NCBI GenBank assembly: GCA_963751345.1
Contig: CAVVUS010000010.1
Location: 64,001-128,000 of the forward strand
DNA: 64,000 nucleotides
Reading direction: 5' to 3'
Source of the DNA: an uncultured Chloroflexia bacterium
GTDB taxonomy: Bacteria > Chloroflexota > Anaerolineae > B4-G1 > SLSP01
Shown piece after piece: positions 52,431-62,050 of this stretch. The notes below the pieces were generated by a model. That model saw only the letters and a program-made list of their open reading frames with translations, did no database searches and was not told the DNA's origin. Made by a program: the position numbers and the translations under genes. Numbering within the stretch: position 1 is the first letter of the stretch; every line of letters starts with the position of its first letter.

Positions 52431-53630
52431 CTATCCCAGCGCGCCCGCTTCCTTCAGCCGCTCGATCTCCGCTTCCCCATACCCTAACTCCCGCAGCACC
52501 TCCACCGTGTGCTCACCTAACGCCGGCGGCGGCAGCCGGTGCGAGGCGGGCGTGTCCGAGAGCCGGATCGGCGTGCCGAGCACGCGCAACGAGCCCGCCT
52601 GCGCGTCGGCCATCTCCACCACCATCCGGTTGGCCTGCATCTGGGGGTCCTCTGCGGCCTCAGCATAGGTATGGATCGCGGCGCAAAGCACGCCCTGGGG
52701 TTCGAGGTGCGCGATCCATTCGCCGGTCGTCTTTTCCACGAACCGCGCATCCAGCAGCGCGTTGATCTCGTCTGCGTGCTCGGGACGCGTCGACTTGTCG
52801 GCGAACCGCGGATCCTCCGAGAGATCTCCCAGCTCCAACGCGACGGAGATGTCGCGCAGTGCATCGTCCGAGAAGACCGGCGAGACCTCAAGATAGCCGT
52901 CTCTTGTCCTGAACGAGCTGCGGATCGCCGCTTCCGACGCGGCTACCCCATCGTCCGAGTCGATCTTGTCGCGATTCAACTCGGTCGCTGCGTGCCATGT
53001 GTTGGTGTGATAGGCGGCACTCAGCAGGTCCGTGGAGACGCGCTGCCCCAGCCCTGTCTCTGTTCGGGCGTGGAGCGCCATCAGGATCGCGATGACCAAC
53101 AGCAGCCCCGCGGGATAGTCCGCGGAGATGCCCGCCGGCACCGGTAGCCCGCCGGGCCCCAGCGGCACGAAGAGTCCCGCGCCGGCCCGGGCCATCAGGT
53201 CGTGCCCCCCGCGCCCGCGCTCCACGTAGGGGCCCTCGTCGCCCCAGCCGCTGGAGTAGGCATAGATCAGGCCGGGGTTCAGCGCCTTGAGCGCGTCATA
53301 CCCCAACCCCAGACGCTCCATCACGCCGGGCCGGAAGTTGTGGACCACCACGTCGGCGCTCTTGATCAGGTCCAGCAGGACGCGCTTGCCGTCCGCGGTC
53401 TTCAGGTCCAGCGCCACACTCCGCTTGTTGCGGTTGAGGCTCAGGAAGGGCAGGCTCTGTCCCTTGACGTACGGCCCCCAACTCCGGCTCCAGTCGCCAC
53501 GATCGGGACGCTCGACCTTGATGACGTCCGCACCGAAATCCCCCAGGAGCTGCATGCCCATCGGTCCCTGAAAGACGTGGCTGAAATCGATGATCCGCAC
53601 GCCCTCGAGCGCGCCTCTTGGCTCGTTCAC
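52431..53630 (-). CDS. CoA transferase, family III (CaiB/BaiF)
   Basis: [29 protein letters not shown]; GTG 53630 with AGGAGG RBS. Confidence 0.92.
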   Translation of the reverse strand: MNEPRGALEGVRIIDFSHVFQGPMGMQLLGDFGADVIKVERPDRGDWSRSWGPYVKGQSLPFLSLNRNKRSVALDLKTADGKRVLLDLIKSADVVVHNFRPGVMERLGLGYDALKALNPGLIYAYSSGWGDEGPYVERGRGGHDLMARAGAGLFVPLGPGGLPVPAGISADYPAGLLLVIAILMALHARTETGLGQRVSTDLLSAAYHTNTWHAATELNRDKIDSDDGVAASEAAIRSSFRTRDGYLEVSPVFSDDALRDISVALELGDLSEDPRFADKSTRPEHADEINALLDARFVEKTTGEWIAHLEPQGVLCAAIHTYAEAAEDPQMQANRMVVEMADAQAGSLRVLGTPIRLSDTPASHRLPPPALGEHTVEVLRELGYGEAEIERLKEAGALG

Positions 53631-53650
53631 CTCTCCTCCTTGGCTCAGCG

Positions 53651-54466
53651 CTAAGCCCGCTTCCGGCTCCGCAGGTAATCCGCGACCCGGGTCTGGGTCG
53701 CTGCGTCTCCCAGGCAGACCTGCGAGGCCCGGACCTCTGCCTCGCAACTGCCGTCCAGGGTATCGTCCGGGCTGCTGTCCAGGAGCCGCTTCATCTGCGC
53801 GACCGCCAGGTCGCTGCACGCCCGAACCCCTTCCATGAAGGCGTCCACATAGTTGCCCAGCTCGCCGCGGTCGCCGACGACGTCGACCAGTCCCATCGCC
53901 TGGGCGGTGGCCGCGTCGACGATTTTCCCTGTGAAGAAGAGCTCCTTCGCCCGGCTCATCCCGATCCGTCGCGGCAGCCGGTAGCTCCCGCCCCAGCCGG
54001 AGACCATGCCCAGCCGCGCCTCCGGTTGGCCAAGCTTAGCCTCGTGGGTCGCCAAGATGAGGTCGCAGGCCAGCGCCACCTCCAGGCCGCCGCCCAGCGC
54101 ATAGCCCTCGATGACCGCGATGACCGGCACCGGAAGGGCAGCCAGGCGGTTCAGGACGCGATGGCCGTGGCGCACCCAGGGGACGATCGTCTCCGCATCC
54201 AGCGTCTTGAGCACGTTGACGTTAGCGCCTACGAGGAAATACTTGGGCAGCGCGCTCCTGACAATGACCGCCCGCAGCTCTCCCCGCGGGCATTGGGTGA
54301 GCGTGTCCAGATGTGCGTCCAACGATGCCAACACCTGCTGATCCAGCGTCGTCGGCTTACCTACCTCATCGCACTCGAAGATCAGGATTCCGGTGTCGCC
54401 CTCTTGCTCCAATCTCACCGTCGTCTGCATCTCCCGGTTCGCCTCCTGCGGTGTCTCATCAGGCAC
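53651..54466 (-). CDS. Enoyl-CoA hydratase/isomerase family protein
   Basis: [28 protein letters not shown]. Confidence 0.9.
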   Translation of the reverse strand: MPDETPQEANREMQTTVRLEQEGDTGILIFECDEVGKPTTLDQQVLASLDAHLDTLTQCPRGELRAVIVRSALPKYFLVGANVNVLKTLDAETIVPWVRHGHRVLNRLAALPVPVIAVIEGYALGGGLEVALACDLILATHEAKLGQPEARLGMVSGWGGSYRLPRRIGMSRAKELFFTGKIVDAATAQAMGLVDVVGDRGELGNYVDAFMEGVRACSDLAVAQMKRLLDSSPDDTLDGSCEAEVRASQVCLGDAATQTRVADYLRSRKRA

Positions 54467-54712
54467 TAAGCTTGGCTGCGGAAGAGCCAGAAAGTATCGG
54501 ATGCCTGATCAATGACCTTGGCGCTGACCGATTCCGGGTCCGATCTGTTCGTCATGAACCGCATCGCGATCGACTTCGAGTAGTTCTCGGCGTCTTCGAC
54601 AGTTTGCCACGCGTACACGCCTTGACACAAGCCGGTCTTATCATTCACACACCAGTATTTCTCGCGGAAGCCGTGAAACCCCAGAAGCTCCGTGTTGAAT
54701 GTATCGGGCACT
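54466..54712 (-). pseudogene. C-terminal fragment of a YdhR-like (dimeric alpha/beta barrel) protein
   Basis: GFREKYWCVNDKTGLCQGVYAWQTVEDAENY resembles YdhR family; no independent start/RBS and it abuts the permease stop. Confidence 0.5.
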
Positions 54713-55948
54713 TCACTCAAACCGAAAACGCCACACAGCCAGAATGAAGAACACGGCTGCGCAGGCCGCCAGGACGCCTGCCGGCATAAGAACAGAACCG
54801 AAGCCCAGGCCACGCATAATGATGTTCTGGAACCCATCCATCGCCCAGGCGGTCGGCATAATGTGGCCGATAGCGGCGAACGTCTTGCCGGCGACCTCCA
54901 GTGGGAACCAGGCGCCGCCCATCGCAGCAAAGACGAACATCGCGACCAGGGACAGGACGATCACCTGTTCCTCTCTCCGCGAGATAGCTCCGATCAGCAG
55001 GCCCAGACTGGCAGCCCACAGAGCCAGGGCCAGCATCATGAGGAGGATTGCCCAGGGCTGGCGCAGGTAGTTCACGCCGAAGACGACCTGCCCGAGCAAC
55101 ACCAGGATCACTTCCTGGATCAGCACGATCAGGAACATAGCGAGCGTGTGTCCCGCGATGACCTCTGTCGGCCGGATGGGGGTGGTCAAAAGGCGCTGCA
55201 GTGCCCCGCTCTTGCGCTCCAATACCAGGATCATGGCAGAGGTGGTGAGGCCAAAGACCGCGAACTGCACGATCATCCCCGATGAGGACTGCACAAATCC
55301 GCTCATCGTTCCTATGGCGCTATCCTCCGTGGCTGCCCCTGTCGCCTGTTCCATCCGAACCGTGAGGGGTGGGTCATTCCAGGCAGACACGGCCTGTGCC
55401 AGCCCCTGCTCCAGGTAGGAGGTTCGCGCGGCTTCGGTTTCGAATCCGACCTCCTGATCATACGTGGCCGCACTGAGCTGAGCCGTTTCGACCGCACCCA
55501 GTAACCGGTTGACCACCGTATCGAGGCCTGTGCCGGCTGTCTGTCCCACCTGAGTGGCTTGGTCGGCCACGACGTTCAGGCTTACCTCCTGCCCGCTCAA
55601 CAGCCGGTCGCTGTAGCCTTCGGGTATCTCCACCAGGGCTGCCAGCTCTCCCCCTGCTACCTGTTTCGTGGCCTGGGCGAGATCACCGCTTTCGAGCGCG
55701 ACCGGACGAATCACGTCCGATTCGCCCATCAAGCGCACTAACTGAGGACCAACGACCCCACCAGTATCCTCGTTGATGATCCCCACGGGCAAACGGGTAT
55801 CCTGGGCCGGGGCAGCATCGTATACCCCGCCGAGGATGAAGCCGAAGAAGAGGGTGAAGAGGATCGGCATAACCACCAAGAAGAGCGCCGACTTCCAGTC
55901 CCGCGTGACTTGCTTGATATCTTTGATTGTCAGATCGAGTACTCGCAT
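54713..55948 (-). CDS. ABC-2 type exporter permease
   Basis: N-terminal TM, large loop, ERKSGALQRLLTTP, GGAWFP, PTAWA. Confidence 0.9.
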   Translation of the reverse strand: MRVLDLTIKDIKQVTRDWKSALFLVVMPILFTLFFGFILGGVYDAAPAQDTRLPVGIINEDTGGVVGPQLVRLMGESDVIRPVALESGDLAQATKQVAGGELAALVEIPEGYSDRLLSGQEVSLNVVADQATQVGQTAGTGLDTVVNRLLGAVETAQLSAATYDQEVGFETEAARTSYLEQGLAQAVSAWNDPPLTVRMEQATGAATEDSAIGTMSGFVQSSSGMIVQFAVFGLTTSAMILVLERKSGALQRLLTTPIRPTEVIAGHTLAMFLIVLIQEVILVLLGQVVFGVNYLRQPWAILLMMLALALWAASLGLLIGAISRREEQVIVLSLVAMFVFAAMGGAWFPLEVAGKTFAAIGHIMPTAWAMDGFQNIIMRGLGFGSVLMPAGVLAACAAVFFILAVWRFRFE

Positions 55949-55969
55949 CGATAGTCTCCGTCCCTGTCG

Positions 55970-57250
55970 TCAGGCGAAGCGCCTGCGGAAGATCGCTACG
56001 CCGACTGTGAAAAACGCGATGCCCAAGAGGACCATCACACCTGCATAGAGGAGCACGTCGGGGGGATTGGCTCCTGATAGGGTCAACTTCCACGCCTGCA
56101 TCGCCCAGCCTTGGGGCGAGATAAGCATAATGGTGTTGAAAGATGAGGGCAGATTGGGAATGCCATTGGTGAAAAGGCCACCCAGCATGCCGGTGACGAC
56201 CAGCACGCCGCCGAGTACCGGTCCGGTCTGTCGGGTGGTCTTCACGAACGACATGACCATCACACCAAACCCCGTTGCCGCCACAATCATCGCCCCGGTG
56301 ACCAGAACGATCGTCAGCGGCTCTCCCCAGTCGATACGGAAGATGAGCATGGATGCAACCAGTAGCACGAGTGTCTGAAGGATCAGCGCCACCAACACGC
56401 CGAGGAACTTCCCACCCAGGATCATCGCCTGAGATGTGGGCGTAGTGGACAGCCGCGCCAGCGTGCCGTCCTCATCTTCGCGGACGATGCTCTCGGCGCC
56501 GTTGGCTCCCATGAAGTAGACAAAGAAGATCATCATGCCTGCCATGATGGTGCCGATCATGCCGGCTCCGGTGCCCTGTTCAGCACTCTGCCCATCTCCC
56601 TCAGGTGCAACGATCGTCATGCCGCTCGACGTATCCTCGCCCCCTCCGTGCTCGGACGTCTGCAACCAGGCCGCGTACTCTTGGGCTACAGCTGCGCCGA
56701 TTGCCTCGCCGGCGGTGGCGCCCTCGCTGGTCAACTGCGCGACGGTTACGTTGGCGGCGATCTTGGAGCCGGAGAATCCATCCAGAAAATGGTTGACCAG
56801 ATCCTTGACGATCCCCGGGCCAATGGTCAGGGTCGGGTCCTGGTAGAGGATGACGGATGCCTGGTGGTCTGGGGTGAGGACGGCTTGTGAGAAATCGGGA
56901 GGGATGATCACAGCCACGCCGGCATCCTGAGTTTTCACTGCGGCGCGCGCGCTGGCCTCGTCCGGTGCGACGGTCGTTTCGAGAACGTCTTTCAGATCGT
57001 CCCCTTGCAGGAAATCCACCAGCATCTGACCTGCAGCCAGTCCGTTTGCCTGGGCTGTAGGTTGATCCAGATTGACGACCTGCACGCGCGTCGTCGGTAT
57101 CGCCGTCCCTTCACCGCCGCCGGCCATACTGCCGAAGGCGAAGTACAGCAAGCCTGTGATAAGCAACGGCGCGCCGAACATCATCACCACGGAGAAGGGG
57201 CTGCGAAAGGTGTGCGACAGATCTTTGAGAGCGATCGCGATCGATTTCAT
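55970..57250 (-). CDS. ABC-2 type exporter permease
   Basis: EDEDGTLARLSTTP, ILGGKF, SPQGWA. Confidence 0.9.
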   Translation of the reverse strand: MKSIAIALKDLSHTFRSPFSVVMMFGAPLLITGLLYFAFGSMAGGGEGTAIPTTRVQVVNLDQPTAQANGLAAGQMLVDFLQGDDLKDVLETTVAPDEASARAAVKTQDAGVAVIIPPDFSQAVLTPDHQASVILYQDPTLTIGPGIVKDLVNHFLDGFSGSKIAANVTVAQLTSEGATAGEAIGAAVAQEYAAWLQTSEHGGGEDTSSGMTIVAPEGDGQSAEQGTGAGMIGTIMAGMMIFFVYFMGANGAESIVREDEDGTLARLSTTPTSQAMILGGKFLGVLVALILQTLVLLVASMLIFRIDWGEPLTIVLVTGAMIVAATGFGVMVMSFVKTTRQTGPVLGGVLVVTGMLGGLFTNGIPNLPSSFNTIMLISPQGWAMQAWKLTLSGANPPDVLLYAGVMVLLGIAFFTVGVAIFRRRFA

Positions 57251-57257
57251 TGCCGGT

Positions 57258-58202
57258 TCACTCCCTCAGCGCCCTTCCGGTAAGATGTAGGAAGACCGCT
57301 TCCAGGTTGGGTTCCTGGATATCCAGGGACGTGATCCGGACACCGACCGCCGTCGCGGACTCGAACAAGCGCGGCAACACCACGTTGCTGTCTTCCACCA
57401 GCAAGGTGAGTGTCCCATCCTCTGCCGAGATGTGATGCACCCCTTCGGTAGCTTGCCAGGACTCCAGGACTTTCCCGGAGTCGGCGTCAATCGTCAAGTT
57501 GATGCGATCCAGCTCCCCCACAATCTTGACCAGCTCGTCATGGGTCCCGTAGGCGATGATCTTCCCATGATCCATGATGGCAATATGGTCGGAGAGTTCC
57601 TGGGCCTCTTCCATATAGTGCGTGGTGTACAGCACCGTCATCCCTTCTTGGTTCAGCGCCTTGACGTTGTCCAGAATGTGGCGTCTGCTTTGGGGATCGA
57701 TGCCCACGGTCGGCTCGTCCATGATAATGACCTGGGGTTTGTGCAACAGGGCGATGCCGATGTTCAAGCGGCGTTTCATTCCCCCGGAGAACGTCCCCGC
57801 CCTATCGTTCTGGCGATCGACCAACTCGATGATTTCCAGCACTTGCGCCGCCCGTTGGTGCAGGACTTCGCCCCGCAGCCCGTACATCCTGCCCCAGAAG
57901 ACCAGGTTCTCCCGTGCCGAGAGATCCGGGTAGAGCGCGATCTCCTGTGGCACGACCCCGATCGACTGCTTCACCGCCTGCGGTTGGGTCCTGATGGAAT
58001 GCCCCATGACCCTGGCATCGCCTTGCGTGGGCTGAGCCAGACAGGCGAGCATCGAAATCGTCGTGCTCTTGCCTGCACCATTAGGCCCCAATAGGCTGAA
58101 TATCTCGCCGTCCGCTACCTCGAAATCGAGCCCGTCCACGGCGTGGAGTTCGCCGAAGTCCTTGTGCAGATCTTGAACTTGAATCGCTTTTCCCTTGTCC
58201 AC
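57258..58202 (-). CDS. ABC exporter ATP-binding protein (DrrA-like)
   Basis: GPNGAGKS, FSGGMKRR, DEPTVGIDP, TTHYMEEA; GTG 58202 with AAGGAG RBS. Confidence 0.92.
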   Translation of the reverse strand: MDKGKAIQVQDLHKDFGELHAVDGLDFEVADGEIFSLLGPNGAGKSTTISMLACLAQPTQGDARVMGHSIRTQPQAVKQSIGVVPQEIALYPDLSARENLVFWGRMYGLRGEVLHQRAAQVLEIIELVDRQNDRAGTFSGGMKRRLNIGIALLHKPQVIIMDEPTVGIDPQSRRHILDNVKALNQEGMTVLYTTHYMEEAQELSDHIAIMDHGKIIAYGTHDELVKIVGELDRINLTIDADSGKVLESWQATEGVHHISAEDGTLTLLVEDSNVVLPRLFESATAVGVRITSLDIQEPNLEAVFLHLTGRALRE

Positions 58203-58280
58203 CGTGTTTTGCTCCTTTGTGGAAATGCTTGGGACGCGGCCCATAGACTCTCTTGCCGCATCATAGAAGGGTCACTAACC

Positions 58281-59364
58281 CTACATCTCCTCCCCCACCT
58301 GGTGGGCCTTGACCCAGTCCCAGTCCACCTCGATCCCCAATCCCGGCGCATCCCAGGGCGCGGCATACCCCTCGCCGTCGATCTCCGTCGAGGCATCGCG
58401 GATGCCGGGTGGCGAATAGTAGGTCTCGGGCACAAGGCGCTCGAAGTATTTGGTGTTGTAGATCGCGCAGGCCGCGTGCAGATGCGGGATCGCGCCGCCG
58501 TGGATCGCCGCCATCATGCCGAAGCCCTCGCAGATGTGTGCCGTCTTCAGCACGCCGGTGAGGCCGCCTTTGTAGGCGTCGAGCGGGCCCGTGAGGATGA
58601 TGTCAGCGGCGCCCATCTGGATGTGCGTCAGCGCGTCCCAGGGACCTCCGTGGGTGGCCTCGGCCAGCGCCAGCGGGATGTCGAGGGTCTGCCGGAGCCG
58701 TGCCAGCGCCGTGATGTTGAAGTGGTCCATCGGCTCCTCGTACCAGGTAGAAGTCCTGCTCCTCCAGCCGCCGCCCAAACCAGACGGCGTCCTCGAAGAG
58801 GTTGAACATGCTGGAGGCATCGTACATCAGGACGACGTCCGGCCCGACCCGGTCACGTAGTGCTTTGCACAGCGCCGCATCTTCCTCCAGACGGCCCCAG
58901 GCGTGGAGCTTGATCGCCTTGTAGCCCTTTTCCAGGCACTCGTCGGCCAACGCCATGTACGCGTCGAGCGAGTCGAGGGTCACCGTACTGGCATAGGCCG
59001 GGACCTTGTCGCGCATCCCGCCGGCCAGCTTGTAGACGGGCTGGTTATGGACCTTGCCCGCCAGGTCCCAGAGCGCACAGTCCACCGCGCCCACCGCCAG
59101 GCCGAGCCGGCTGGTGCGCAGGTTGCGCCAGAACTTGTGCCAGATGCGCTCGCGGTTGAGCGGGTCCTCGCCGACGAGCTGGTACTTGATCTCCTCGATG
59201 CTTGCGCCACTGCTGTAGGGCGACCAGCCCTCGACGCCCTCATCGGTCAGGATGCGGAGCAGCGCGGTGTGCGCCATCGAGCCCGAGGGCATGATCCCGT
59301 CACGCCAGTGGTAGGGGCCCCGTTCCCATTCGATATGGTGGATGTGGATGCCGGTAATTCTCAT
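58281..59364 (-). CDS. Mandelate racemase/muconate lactonizing (enolase superfamily) enzyme (one frameshift)
   Basis: VDCALWDLAGK, KAIKLH, MYDA, WYEEP, PGLGIEVD. Confidence 0.88.
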
Positions 59365-59515
59365 CGATACCTCCCTTTGGTGCTAAGGGTTGGGCAGCTA
59401 AGCCTACGGAGTTAGCGTCGAGTGTACACCAGGCTGCGCGACTGTGCCATCTTCTATGCCGAATCGGGTGCCTATCAGGATAGGGGCGTAACGGCCGCGC
59501 CCGGCGATGAGGGCC

Positions 59516-59638
59516 GCCTGGCGATGAAGTCGCCAGGCTAGGAGGCAACGCCCCGTGAACGGGGCTGACCACGGTGCGAGGTATCTGAAGCCCGATTGAT
59601 CGGGCGCTACCTTGTAGCACGGGAATTGATTCCCGTGC
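59516..59638. repeat. Cluster of four short palindromes (REP/MITE-like)
   Basis: GCCTGGCGATGAAGTCGCCAGGC, GCCCCGTGAACGGGGC, GCCCGATTGATCGGGC, GCACGGGAATTGATTCCCGTGC. Confidence 0.55.
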
Positions 59639-59943
59639 GGCTTCGAGGCGAAACGCGCCTGGACCTGTCCCCCACCGCTCCCCACCCGCCGCCGCTCGGC
59701 ACGCCTGGCCCGCTGTCGCCGAGCCCACGCCACGTGTGAAATCGTCTCTCGTTCGCACCTTCGTGGCCACTTTCCCCCACCGCCGCCCACATCCCACAAC
59801 AAAGGACGGCGGCCACTCTGTAGCCGCCGTCGCCGTCGACTTGTCCCACGAAACACCTGGAGCTGTCCCGGCATCCCTAACCCCTTCCCCAGCTCGTCAT
59901 ATAGCTCGTCAAGCAGCCGGTCGCTTGTTTCCTGTTTGTCTCA

Positions 59944-59972
59944 ATGATAGATCATATGTTCTATCCAATCAA
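59944..59972 (-). promoter_or_regulatory. Leftward sigma70 promoter with LexA-type box in spacer
   Basis: Minus strand TTGATT-GGATAGAACATATGATC-TATCAT (17-bp spacer); GAAC-ATAT-GATC is a one-mismatch SOS box. Confidence 0.6.
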
Positions 59973-59998
59973 GTCTGGAGCCAGAGGGGGGTGGAGGG

Positions 59999-60027
59999 TT
60001 GATTGGGTAGAACATGTGTTCTATACT
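59999..60027 (+). promoter_or_regulatory. Rightward sigma70 promoter with perfect LexA-type (GAAC-N4-GTTC) box
   Basis: TTGATT-GGGTAGAACATGTGTTC-TATACT (17-bp spacer); TAGAACATGTGTTCTA at 60008-60023. Confidence 0.75.
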
Positions 60028-60104
60028 GAGACTATGAATACGCAGCACTGCCGCCGCAACCCGCATCCCGTGCAGCATAACCTGTCCCTGCGAAAGGAAC
60101 CCTA

Positions 60105-60605
60105 ATGGATATCCAAGCCCTCAAGCGAATCCTGAAACGCGTCGAGACCAAGACCACGACGCCCACCGACGCTGAAGCCCTGCGCGCCATCTTCCGCCCC
60201 TACCTCGACCCTGACCGCGCCACCCCTGCCGGCGAAGAGGCCCACCACGACGACAAGTTCAACCGCCGCGTCGGTTCCCGCGCCATCGTCGACCTCGGCT
60301 TCACCCGCGCCCGCTATCATCGTGGCGAATTCCGCGTCCAGGCCACTTATCACCACACCGACGGCGCCTCCAGCACCGACAGCAGCCACCGGGTCCCGAT
60401 CCGCGGCCCGCTCGCCGGCATCATCGTCGACCTCTGGGAGACCATCTTCGACGCCACCGCTGTGGCGGCCCAGAACGACCCCGCCACCCTCACGCTGCGC
60501 ATCGACGGCACCGGCCTCGAGTGCCCATGGTCCCACCTCCTTCGCGCCGCCGCCGAGATCGTCGCTCACGAACTCCACACCCTCCTCGAGGCCCCCGGGC
60601 CGTGA
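60105..60605 (+). CDS. Hypothetical protein (166 aa) downstream of SOS-type promoter
   Basis: AAAGGA RBS, ATG, C-ending codon bias like the next gene; no recognised motif. Confidence 0.7.
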   Translation: MDIQALKRILKRVETKTTTPTDAEALRAIFRPYLDPDRATPAGEEAHHDDKFNRRVGSRAIVDLGFTRARYHRGEFRVQATYHHTDGASSTDSSHRVPIRGPLAGIIVDLWETIFDATAVAAQNDPATLTLRIDGTGLECPWSHLLRAAAEIVAHELHTLLEAPGP

Positions 60606-60837
60606 CCGGCGCACCTCGGACCGCGCCGGTGCTCATCCCCACGGTGCCCCACCCGGCAGACCCACGCACGCCTGCCGTCGTCGCCCCTCGTCCACCGCGA
60701 CGCCCAAAAAGGCCGTCCCTGACGTGTTCCTGTCCACTTTCCCCCACTGCCGCCCACGCGCAGCGCACCCTGTGAAACACTGCAGGGCGGTCACACCCGT
60801 GACCGCCCTGCAGCCCCCGAACGACCAAGGAGGACCG

Positions 60838-61773
60838 ATGGCAACCCGCGACACCCTACTGATGATCCGCAACCTCAAAGGCGCCCCCGCCACCATCCTG
60901 CTGATGATGCTCGGCCTGGGCCGCCCCACCGGGCGTGACGAGCTCGTGCTCCTCACCACTTACAGCGAACATACCGTCCAGAAGGCCCTCGACCAACTCG
61001 CCTATCTCGGCCTGGCCCGGAACCACGGCCGCTACAACGCCTGGGCCCTCACCGCCCACGTCGCCCAATCCCTCCCTGTGGCGCTGCCCGCCGGGGAAGA
61101 GCAAAATCCGCACACCGACCCCGACGCCGGCGAGCCCGACCCTACCCGCGAGGTGCAAAAACCACACCTCGAATCACTCGACCCAGCCCGGGAAGTGCAG
61201 ATTGTGCACCTCGACCTCGACGCCGGCGACCCCGGTCCCGTCCGGGAGGTGCAAAAACCACACCTCGAATCGCTCGACACAGCCCGGGAGGTGCAAAAAA
61301 TACACCTCGGCAGTAGTAGTAGTTACTACACTCCCTCTTCAGAGAGACACCAATCTCTCCAAACCTCAGAAACTACAACTACCCCCGACCGCGAAAAGTG
61401 CACCTCGCCGCCGCCGGTGCCGGGCGCACCGGTATCCCTGGACCCCTGCGTCTTCGATGCTGACGCCGAAGCTGCCGTCGACCTTCTCCGCCCCACCGGC
61501 TGCCCTGAGGTCCATCCCGCCGGCAGGGGCATCCGCGGCGCCATCCGGGCAGCCCTCGCGGGCGGCTGGACCGGCGCCGACGTCCTAGACGCCACCCGGG
61601 GCTGGCTCGCCTACGCCGCCACCCCCGCCGGCAAAAGCATCGACCACGCCGGCTTCCTCGCCCTTGCCAGGATCCGTGCCTGCCGGTGGCCGCCCGAGCC
61701 CCTGCCCAAATCCGCCGCCGACATCACCCGCGCCTACATCGACGCCGCCTATGACCGCATCGTGCGCCGCTGA
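60838..61773 (+). CDS. wHTH protein with internal repeats; putative phage/plasmid-type replication initiator
   Basis: AAGGAGG RBS before ATG 60838; N-terminal HTH-like GRDELVLLTTYSEHTVQKALDQLAYLGL; central REVQKPHL repeats; Ser/Thr linker; helical C-terminal domain. Confidence 0.65.
   Translation: MATRDTLLMIRNLKGAPATILLMMLGLGRPTGRDELVLLTTYSEHTVQKALDQLAYLGLARNHGRYNAWALTAHVAQSLPVALPAGEEQNPHTDPDAGEPDPTREVQKPHLESLDPAREVQIVHLDLDAGDPGPVREVQKPHLESLDTAREVQKIHLGSSSSYYTPSSERHQSLQTSETTTTPDREKCTSPPPVPGAPVSLDPCVFDADAEAAVDLLRPTGCPEVHPAGRGIRGAIRAALAGGWTGADVLDATRGWLAYAATPAGKSIDHAGFLALARIRACRWPPEPLPKSAADITRAYIDAAYDRIVRR
61096..61308 (+). repeat. Five iteron-like 21-bp repeats (GAGGTG-N9-CACCTC consensus)
   Basis: Copies start at 61096 (degenerate), 61150, 61192, 61246 and 61288; spacings 54/42/54/42. 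Confidence 0.85.
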
Positions 61774-62050
61774 TGGCCGATGGCCGTCAACTCACAACCG
61801 GGGTAGCGTGTAGAATGCGTCCAACTCTCCATCAGGGCTAACCGAAGCGATGCCGAAGAACCCCTACTCCTCAAGATCTGCGTGGCCCTTGCCGAGGCCG
61901 GCTTCATCGACCTCGCCCCATCGATCGCCCAGTTCGTCTGCGACAACGCCCCCAGGGATCTCGATTCCCCGACGGGACGTGCCAACATCAACTGGACTAA
62001 CTCGTGCCAGATCAGGGAACGTCTGCGGGGAGGGCCACTGCTGCCGATGA

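Noticed and set aside
59404-59874. 156-aa minus-strand ORF downstream of the leftward promoter
   Set aside because: Arg/Gly-rich low-complexity translation crossing palindromic repeats, with weak RBS; not credible as protein, though not formally excluded
60322-60837. N-terminal extension of the 483-aa ORF
   Set aside because: It overlaps the 60105 ORF and is Pro/Ser/Thr junk from C-skew; the strong AAGGAGG RBS marks ATG 60838 as the start
61096-61308. CRISPR array
   Set aside because: The repeats are in-frame inside a CDS, the spacers are themselves duplicated (96-bp period), and no cas genes are present
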